A stretch of 64,000 nucleotides of DNA from Octopus vulgaris. Taxonomy: Eukaryota. The DNA lies in the NCBI GenBank assembly GCA_951406725.2, contig OX597827.1, forward strand, positions 25,730,001 through 25,794,000, written 5' to 3'. Below are positions 53,935 through 64,000 of the stretch, one piece after another. The position numbers were made by a program, and so were the translations under genes. The notes below the pieces were generated by a model. The model worked only from the letters and a program-made list of their open reading frames with translations, was not told the origin of the DNA and searched no databases. The stretch's first letter is position 1; the number at the start of each line of letters is the position of its first letter.

Positions 53935-54336
53935 CGTAAAAGATGGAAGTATATAGCAAGAATGTTGCGAGTGAAAGAACCTATTTAAACGAGAATATAA
54001 AAAGGAGAAAGCAAAGTCTTCAGTGTGAGTATGTGGTTTGTGGGGTCAACCGCGTCCTCCGCTTCACTTTTTGTCAATCACTTATTCTCATTTAATTGTA
54101 TATATTTTAATTGTTTGTTTATTCATACGTTTCGTCTCATGCGATACCCTGACCTCAATGTTTATTTTGTCTGTCCCCTCTTTTTCTCAACCTTATGGTG
54201 AATAAAGAAATTCTCTCTCTCAGTCTCTTTGCCTATCCTTTCAACTACACCAGACGCCCCAGCACGAAACAGGTTTTGTGTCTCTCTCTGTCTTCCCCTC
54301 CACCTCTCACTTTTTCTTAATAGCACACCACAAAGC

Positions 54337-54391
<55 letters not shown>

Positions 54392-54424
54392 CTATCAATA
54401 CGCATGTACGTACGTACATATATA

Positions 54425-54800
54425 TGCCTGCAAGACCAAACCTGACGACATTAACCACATTATGTCCAGTTGTGAGAGAATGTCTTCCAGATGTTATCCT
54501 CCTATGACGTATGATGCAGTGGCTGAGACAGTTCAGAACAGGATCACAGAAGAAGGAAATGCCTGCAGACGATGTTGGCTATATTGAGACCGATGGGTCA
54601 AAAGAAGATTAGCGGAACTCAAAAACTGAAACAACTACATTCATGGACAAGTGATAAGGCGTTTGCCAATCGAGAACCCAAGATATACTTTCAGCTTTAT
54701 ATTTATCATTATTAGAGCAACAGGTCACAACCCCAACCTGTCTGGCGCAAAGTTTAGCTGAACCAGCTTCCTTGAGGAATGCACATAATTCCTTAATTTT
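54425..54800 (+). mobile_element. Degenerate RLE-type LINE fragment (CCHC region)
   Basis: Translates CKTKPDDINHIMSSCERMSSRCYPPMTYDAVAETV, similar to C..ETI.HI.S.C......Y..RHD.VA. Confidence 0.5.
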
Positions 54801-54804
54801 TAAT

Positions 54805-55031
54805 GCTTTATTGTCCACAGGGGGATAAGCATAGAGGAGACAAACAAGGACAGACAAATGGATTAAGTCGATTACATCGACTCCAGTGAGTAACTGGTAC
54901 TTATTTAATCGACCCCGAAACAATGAAAGGCAACGTCGACCTCGGCAGAATTAGAACTCAAAGCGTAACGGTAGACGAAATACCGCTAAGCATTTTGCCC
55001 CGCGTGCTAACGATTCTGCCGGCTCGCCGCC
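54805..55031 (-). mobile_element. SINE family A copy
   Basis: Reverse complement of the head, cgtgctaacgattctgccggctcgccgcc, plus the core. Other copies at 57838-58035(+), 58500-58705(-) and 38595-38680(-). Confidence 0.85.
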
Positions 55032-55499
55032 TAATAAACAACTGATCACGACATCTGGGACAATAACAAATCTGCACGATTTAAAGGATGGACAAAACAA
55101 GGTACTTCCCTTCACAATCTTGCTCCCAAACAGGGTCCGATCAAAATTTATTTTAAATTAAAAAGTGAAAGAGAATAACCAGTCACTCATCTGGGAAGCC
55201 CTTGAAATCAATGTTACCATGTGGGGACTATGTGTGACCCAGTGATCATAAAAAGACTGAAAGGAGATCTACAATAAAATAACGTTACTTAACACTTTGC
55301 AACTGGATCAGTGGAGGCAAAGATGCTTCTCATTTACTTGGCAATTTATGCAGCACATTGCAGAAATCACAATCTAAGTGTATGTTAAAGCAAACTCTTA
55401 CACTGTTGTACCATTGAATTACAAATAATGCTCATCTTCTATGCTCGGATGATTCCACAGCTTCCAAGAGTACAACTATTCGTCTTTGCTTAGATAAAA

Positions 55500-56135
55500 T
55501 GACAAAATTGTGGGTGTTAAGTCCCCATGAAGGCGTCTTTCTAACTTGTAAGAAGGTGAAATTTTATAAATATTACTTCATTTGTATCTAATATCTATGG
55601 TTAAAATTTCATTAACAGCAAAAATATATGAATTGTCATGGGGGTTGTGGCCCTTATGCATAGAATATAATTTCCAAATTTCGTAAAGAGCCATTCAGTA
55701 CGTTTGACTTAGTTTTGGATCATAAAAGAAATGACTAAAATTTGGGAGTTAAGGCCCACATTAGGGTGTCTTAGAATCCTCATGTGAAGTGGAAGCTTTG
55801 AGAATACTTGTTGATGTGTGTCAATTACCCATGGTTGAAATTTCATGAACATCGAAATTTATGAATTTTCATGAGGGTTCTGCCCTCTTTAAGCCATCTG
55901 AAAGTCAAACCAAACATATTGCATTATACCCGCCCTTATGCATTGAATCTTAGTTTCAAATATCATAAGGATCCATTCAGTAATTTTGGTCCATGAAATT
56001 GTATGAAACACACAGCATTACCCTTCTCCCTAGGCTTGGATTTTGTGTTCCAAATTTCATTATGATCGGTGCAGCAGTTTTCGAATGTATAAGTAACACA
56101 CGAACACATAAAGACATTGTCTTTGATATAATAAA
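55500..56135 (+). mobile_element. Possible Helentron/Helitron-associated non-autonomous element with internal tandem repeats
   Basis: Internal diverged duplication (ggttaaaatttcattaac...ccattcagta occurs twice) and end ccaaatttcattatgatcggtgcagcagttttcgaatg...acacacgaacac...ctttgatata. A similar terminus occurs at ~57380-57465. Confidence 0.45.
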
Positions 56136-56309
56136 TATGAATGTACACATATACATACATGTATATATATGAGTGTGTTTTGGAACGAAGTTTTTTTACC
56201 ACACAGCCAAACCTGCACCTATATATATATATGTGTGTATGTGTGTGTTCGCTTATGTATACACACACACACAACGAAAAATTGTGTGGGCAAACAAATG
56301 TACACATAT

Positions 56310-56352
<43 letters not shown>

Positions 56353-56871
56353 TGTGTGTGTGTGTGTGTGTGTGCGTGTATTATATAAATATACATATAT
56401 ATATTTATACACACACACAAAGATAAATTGATAGATACAACTGAGTGGGCAAAGTAAAATGAGACACAACGTAGTGCTTTTTTATGTTGATCAGCCTGGT
56501 ACTTATTCTATCAGTTTCTTCTTGTGAAACCAGTAAGTTATGGGGATGTAAATAAACGAACAAAAGTGGTGAGGTAGTGATGAGGGAGAAACACAAAGAC
56601 ACACACACAGACTTACATACATGCATTTATATACGATATATTTCTTTCAGTTTCTGTCTACAAAATACACTGACAAGGCTTTGGTTGGTTTGAGGCTATA
56701 GCAGAAGACACATGCCAAGTCACTACACAGTGGGACTGAACCCAGGACCATGTGTTTTGGAACGAAGTTTGCTACCACACAGCCACACCTCACCTATGTA
56801 TGTGTGTGTGTATGTGTGTATATATGTGAATATATATGTGTACATATTACATGTACATCTCTCTCTCTCTC

Positions 56872-56902
<31 letters not shown>

Positions 56903-57455
56903 TTATATATATATAGATATATCTACACATATACCTGTATACAGAAAAAGATATACACACATACACACACACACATATATATAAGTGCAGCTGTGGCTGT
57001 GTGGTAACAAACTTCGTTCCAAAATACATGGTCCTGGGTTTAAATTTAATTTTAAAATAATAAGGGTGAGAAATTGAATATTAATTTCATTAATATGAAT
57101 TAAAAACCAGTGGCGTAGCATGTAAGACCATAGTGGATCTTCTTCTAGCAAAATTGGTGTCCACTGTTAATGGTTCATCCCTCTTATATAATAGTTTGAC
57201 TTTAATAGCTTCAGTATTAAAGTGAATGTATCTGACATTACAATAGAGAGGTGTTTTTGTTTCACTTTTAACACGTAATAGTGAAATAGTGGAGAAGATA
57301 TGATATTGCTGTGGGCTCGCCCTAGGCAAGAAGTTAGAAATTGTTTTGCCCATGACACTACATGGACCCTAAGTAAGGCATGTGTAAAATTTGAATGAAT
57401 TTGGTTGTGTAGTTCTCAATTTTTAGGGATTCACTCAGACAGACACACATTCTCA

Positions 57456-57523
<68 letters not shown>

Positions 57524-58852
57524 TATACACACATATATATACACGACGGGCTTCTTTCAGCTTTCTTCTACAAATTCTACTCACAAAGCTTTTGGTCGGC
57601 CCGAAGCTATAGTAGAAGACACTTTTATAAAAACCAGGAAATTAATTTTTCTTCTAATGTAATTAAATAATAGATTCCCAAATTATTTAAAATATAATTT
57701 AAAATTCAATATTTCACCCCAGTTTTCAATTAAAATCCAGATAATAATTACAAACACTAAATTTAATGGCTCGATTCCTAATTAAGATGTGCGGTATTTT
57801 ATCTATCGGAGGTAGCATCATTATATATACACTGGAAGGCGGCCAACTGGCTGGATCGTTTGCATGCTGGGCGAAATGCTTAGCGATATTTCGTCTGCCG
57901 CTACGTTCTGAGTTCAAAATACGATGCGGTGGACTTAGCCTTTCATTCTTTCGGGGTCGATTAAATGAGTAGCAGTTACGCACTGGCGTCAATGTAACCA
58001 ACTTAATTCCTTCCCCTTATGGCAAAATTTGAAATAATTATATATTCACTAGGTTAGAAAACCAACACTGTAATTTATGAATCAAAATTCGCATGGACAC
58101 AACGGAGGAAAAATAGAATGTGGCGTTATGAGATTTAAATATTTAAAAAGTGGTGGAAGAGAGTGATTGACCATTGTTTTATGTATACTGTGATAAGATC
58201 GAAAAGCAAAAGTAGATGCATTATGTTACTATACACTAAAGAATGAGACAAATGCGTATCCCCACGTGGACACAAGGAATGCTCACAAAGCTTTAAGATG
58301 TCAGTGTTACCGTGAACAACATTTAGTTTATCGTCTCCAAAACGAAGCACAGGGAAATAAACCAACAGAAGATGATAAACATTAATTAACAACAAATATT
58401 CCTACGTACTAATTAATCAAGTTAATCAATAATAAAAACATCAGCATGGCCACCTGAGAAAAACACAAATTTCACATTTCATATTAGTTTGAAATTTTAG
58501 CACAAGAACAGTGAAACCGAGACGGGAGTGGTGTAATTCGATTACATCGACCCCAGTGATCAACTGGTACTTACTTTATGGATTCCGAAAGGATTAAAGG
58601 CAGAGTCTAGCGCGGCAGAATTTGAACTCAGAAAATAAGGATGGACGAAATGCCGTTAAGCATTTTGTCCGACAAGCAAACGATTTTGCCAGGTCTCAGC
58701 CTTGATTACACATGTAATATTGATTATGTGGAGGCGCAATGGCCCAGTGTTTAGGGCATAGGTCATAGGGTCGCGGTTTCGATTCCCAGACCGAGCGTTG
58801 AGTGTTCCTTCTAGCATTTTTGTTATTTAGTATACGTGTCTATATATCTATG

Positions 58853-58915
<63 letters not shown>

Positions 58916-59885
58916 GTGAGTGTATGCGCGTATGTATATATCTATCTATCTAGGGAAACCACGAGGCTAATATAACGTGCTAGTAAGTGCTTGGATAGAT
59001 TTTCGATTTCACCCGACTAACACATCGCTAGAAATATATGTTCCCATACATATGTTAGATATGATTATATTTCTAACATTCTATAAAACCCTCAACAGAG
59101 AGACTGTGAGTTGTGTAACAAAGAATATGATAGAGTTCATATATATATATGCATTTATTTATTTATTGTAGCAGATGTAACAACTATGAAAAAGATGAAT
59201 TATTATTTCGTTGATAAATGGAAATATTGTCACTAATTTATCGCACAACCACTCTGGACAAATCCCTATTTAGTCTAAAATTATGATGTTTTCTAAAGAT
59301 CTATTCCTTTTAAATTCCTGCAAAAATTTTATATCTGAAACTATAGTGAAGCTGCCATGATAAATGTTACTCAGTCTAGATTTGATACTGCAGTATATAT
59401 TTACGTAAGAGGAGATACTAAAATTGATAGATGGATACCATAAATATTCATGAGTACATGAAGACATTTCAATGGAAAATGTATAAACACAGCAGATTTA
59501 TTTTGCCATCGGCACTTACAGTATTGCATGGATTTATAATTCTCTGAAATCAGGCAACAGCAAAGCAGATGAGGGCATAGTGTATCTGAAATTTGTGATA
59601 TCACCAACGTTTCCATGGATATCTCATGTTGGTATCAGTGCATCTCATATTCAATGCGTGTTTGTATCATATAAACAGATGGAGCTCTCACTTCTTTTGC
59701 GTCGGTTTACTTTGCGATATATGAATGTTGTTACACAATTGTGTGATTCTATCAGGACTTTGAAACAATATCGCCCTGTTTCCTATTTTATCTCAGCTAT
59801 TTACAATACTGCAAAATCATTTTTGTAGTTTAGATAACCTGTTGGCCTTTTATTTCATTCATTGTTCTATATCTGATATTAAGAT

Positions 59886-59899
59886 GTCGCCATAGTAAC
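59886..59899. promoter_or_regulatory. RFX X-box-like motif
   Basis: gtcgccatagtaac matches GTYNCCATRGYAAC in unique sequence. Confidence 0.3.
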
Positions 59900-60694
59900 G
59901 TCGTTTTCATGTTGTAAGAGAATGTATGGTTTCACATTAATAAGCTTTAACTGGAATTTAAAGAAGCCCTGCAGTGATTTAAGAATCATTATTAGCAGGA
60001 ATATACCTGAAATCAACACATTGCTAACAATATTCTAGGCCTTAAGGAGAAACATGTCAAGATAGAGTGACTGACGTATTAATTCCTGACTCCAGTTCTT
60101 CAGATACATGAAGTCTTATTCCCTCAAAATAAACAATTCGGAAATAATTTAAATGAGGAAATGTATCTTTCATCTTTATTTTGTTGTTGTTTGTTTCAGT
60201 AATTAGACTGCAGCCAAGGTGGAGCACTGCCTTGAAGGAATTTAGTCAAATGAATCGACGCCAGTACTTATTCATTTTAAGCTTAGTACTTTTTCTTTCG
60301 CCGAACTGCTTAGTTACGGGGATATGAACACACCAACATCGCTTGTAAAGCGAGATAAGCACAAGAAAAAACACACATACATGCACATAAACTCACTTAT
60401 AAATGCATGTACGATTAGCTTCTTTCAGTTTCAGTCTACAAAACCCGTTGACAAGCCTCTGGTCGGTCCGAGGCTATAGTAGAAGATAGTTGTCTAAGTG
60501 GAGTCTTGTGGAGTCGTCAAATTCTTGTGGAGTCGTCTTGTGGACTCTAGTGGAGTCGTCAAATTGAAGTTCAATTTGAAGACTCCCTTAGAGTCGACGA
60601 AAACGCTAATATATATATGATTGATAAAACCATGTAACATACTTATAAATATCAGTAAATATAAAACCATCCAGATTTCTGAGTACCTCATTTC

Positions 60695-60738
<44 letters not shown>

Positions 60739-60744
60739 TATACG

Positions 60745-60878
60745 TATTTTAAAATAGTGTACATTAAACACAAAAGAAAACTACTCTTTACGAAGTTTTT
60801 TTTACATGCTAGAAATAGCAGGTAGTTTTGTTAAAGGGTAGTTTTCTTTCCTGTTTAAATGTACACTATTTTAAAATA
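60745..60878. repeat. ~46-bp inverted repeat between (TA)n tracts
   Basis: tattttaaaatagtgtacattaaacacaaaagaaaactactcttta vs taaagggtagttttctttcctgtttaaatgtacactattttaaaata. Confidence 0.88.
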
Positions 60879-60973
60879 TGAATATGTTGTATATGGACTA
60901 TTTATACATGCTAGGCCAATGGGGGTGATATGTATAACGAATATTCGCTACCCTATATATGTACCTTATATAT

Positions 60974-61018
<45 letters not shown>

Positions 61019-61367
61019 ATATTGATATATATATATATATATAATATTGATATATTGCTTGTAAACTTAATATCCTTATAACTTTCATAAATATCTGTTA
61101 ATATATTATATTCTATATTTTGTATACTATTTATATTGAATAACAGAATACATCAAATATTATTAATAATAATATTAGTAATAACTGAATATTACATGTG
61201 CTTATGGATGTAGATGTGTATGTATATTTCAGTATATATAAGTAGTTATGTATAACTGTATATGTATGTATATTTATATATCTCTCTCTCTATATATATA
61301 TTCAAATGTGTGTATATTTTGTTTATTTCATATTTATATCTATTATTATAACTTAACAGTTGTACTT

Positions 61368-61484
61368 AATGATCTCTGATGAATCCTAGAGATATATACA
61401 AGTACCTCATGTTCACAATCCACTTGAGTAATATAGGTAGAATGAGGTATTTTTATATAGTGGCTGAAGCAGCTGTAAGTTATT
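61368..61484 (+). ncRNA. Degenerate PLE-type hammerhead with extended stem II
   Basis: aatgatct-CTGATGA-...aagtacctcat...atgaggtattt...-GAAG-CAGCTG-TA-agttatt. Palindromic CAGCTG stem III; GAAA changed to GAAG. Confidence 0.5.
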
Positions 61485-61659
61485 TTACCAATATTTTACT
61501 ATATTTTATATCTTATATCTTATATGCAAAGAATAAAATGCTATATGTATGTATGTTATAATTATCAGTTTAATAAATAAATAATTTAACATTTTAATGT
61601 CCAAAAGTTGATGAACCACCTATTATTATTCTCCCCCATTTTTTATTTGCTATATATAC

Positions 61660-61726
<67 letters not shown>

Positions 61727-62252
61727 CATAGATATATATACATATATATATACATATATGAATGTATGTATATATATTATTTTTATTATTTGATTGAACG
61801 CCACGCATCCATTTCCAAGTAAGTATATACATACAAACATATATATATATATATATGTATGTATATATAAATGTATATATATATATATATATATACACAT
61901 ATATACATATATCATATATATATACATATATATCAATTCGTTTTGCAAGATTCCTGATGTGAAATCATGTGTTGAAACAGATATTGTTTTATTTCGGGAT
62001 ATCAATTCTATAAATTAGTAACGTTGGTAAAACTCTATGGTTTCTCTTTTATACATTTCTACCTACATCTTTACTAAAGCTACTGTTTCCTTCTTAATCA
62101 TAACATCTTTATGACATATATATGTGCGTGTGGTTTGTGCGTACGCGATTGTTAGTGCGCCTGCTGATAGCCAGGTCTATATAATTCCCTCTCTCTCTGT
62201 CCCTCTGTCTCTATGTAGCTATCTCTCTATTATCTATCTATCTATCTATCTA

Positions 62253-62322
<70 letters not shown>

Positions 62323-64000
62323 CACATCCATACCTACATACAATGTATATGCATATATGTACATACGTATTTATTTGTGTGTATTTGCGTGTGCGTGTGT
62401 ATGTATGCTTAAATGAACGTATGTACTCATATAAGCTCACATCCATCTATGGCGGGCGAAGTGTAAATCTGTCATCCTAATTTGTAGAAATCAATCTCTA
62501 CCTTCATTTGAAAGTTTCTTTTAGCCGATACGCACATCTGTTTGATTCTCTGAGATCAGAAACGTCTTTGATGATTACTTGGTTAAACATTGTCACTTTT
62601 AGCCTCTGAATTCAGTGAATAACTGATGAAAAAAACGTTATTTTTTATTCCGTATTTTCTCTTTTCTTTTCCTTCCTGTTTTAGTTGCCCTTGACAGATG
62701 ACTAATGAAAGACTTCGAAATTACAAGTTACTTACATTATGTCAGATCAAATATCGTCAGCCAGAACAAAAATATGTGGAAAATGGATATTTTTCTCTCT
62801 TTCATGAGCAATGATGATCGATAGTTTTCTGGTTCTAATATAGCTGCGTTTGCCGTGTATTTTCAATGGAATGCAAATTGCGCTACTTAATTTACCCGTG
62901 TCACAGTTCTTATGTCCGAGGAGTGCCCAGAAATTTGAAATCTCAAGTGAGTTCGCATTAAACGATTCTACAACGTTAAATCTAATGGTAAAATTAAATT
63001 TCATTGAGGACAACCTCGATGAACTTGCACTAAAATAAAAAGAGCAAATATACAAGTTCTTCGCACTTAACTCCATATATATTTTTTCTCTAGCGTGAAC
63101 ATTTTTTTAGCAGCTTGAGCCGATGCATAGATGGCAGACAGAGAGAAGAACACAAGGGTTGATGTAATACATGCTCAAATATATGGCATCGTAATACCAA
63201 TATAAATACTATTAAGCATAGAATCACTACCGTTGCATCAGAAATGTACGTTCGCCAGACAATAAATATCAACAGCTATTATTAGTAATAGTAGTAGTAG
63301 CGGCAGCAGCAATTGTATTAGTAGTAGTATTATTATTAGTAGTAGTAGTCTTTCTAGATCCCTACCACATTACGATTATAAATAAAAACTTGTGAAAATA
63401 ATTCAGTGGAAGCCATCGCATGAGAAACTACGCGGAAGTAAATTCTAACACACTTAATCCAGAGATCTTCAGAAAGCGAAATAAAATTAATTATACGGTG
63501 AGAAAAAGAAAATCTCACCACCATTTTTAGTCAATGATTAATTTTGTGGAAACTTTATAGATGTACATAAGATAAATCAGGCATATTTTCTCCTTATTCT
63601 ATCATCAATAGCAAACACGTATTTATTTATACGTAACTTGTTATTTCTCTTTGAAATAACTACGGAGTGGTTTTTTTAATGAGTGCAGCGTCTCTATGAA
63701 ACGAAATTATATTGTTCTAGTCTTGTACATTACTTAGTGATTCTTTCATCCTTTTATCAATACTTTGATAACGGGGGAAATGTTGCGTTTCAATTATGTT
63801 GCTAGAACAATACAAAATATGGCAGCAGTGGTCCCTGGTATGTCGAAAAAAGAAAGAAATAATATAATTGTACGAAAATTCATTTTCAATTTTGTTCTCC
63901 GTAATATTGTGCGCTATTTATTTTAGCATTAAATTAATTATTATGTTGATGAGGATACATTTACTAAGACAAAAGAACTCTGTCTTAAATATGACGTGTG

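Noticed and set aside
62747-63272. Minus-strand ORFs of 109 and 60 aa, and ORFs near 59270-59830
   Set aside because: No recognisable domain and no consistent splice or frame structure; they cannot be supported as host exons from sequence alone.

Overview
AT-rich, microsatellite-saturated animal DNA. The repeat repertoire (tRNA-derived SINE families with a Meta/MESC-like core) suggests a coleoid cephalopod, probably Octopus; this is an inference from repeat recognition. No host protein-coding gene could be established, and nearly all ORF-track entries are microsatellite artefacts. The real coding content is transposable elements: (1) a near-intact Neptune-type Penelope-like element (PLE; RT plus C-terminal GIY-YIG, ~12.7-17.2 kb, +) with a 3' hammerhead motif; (2) a full-length but frameshifted L1/Tx1-clade LINE (ORF1 zinc knuckle; ORF2 APE-RT-zf; ~48.2-53.7 kb, -); (3) fragments of a mariner, R4/Dong-like RLE LINEs and an old PLE; (4) MITEs and many SINEs. 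The most unusual observation is that the Tx1 LINE is framed by copies of a ~217-225 bp hairpin-rich repeat containing a type I minimal hammerhead ribozyme. There is a full copy at its 3' end, and a 50-bp direct copy plus a full inverted copy at its 5' end. This is Penelope/retrozyme terminal geometry wrapped around an APE-type LINE. It suggests either a retrozyme-targeting Tx1 family or a LINE packaged in ribozyme-bearing pseudo-LTRs.
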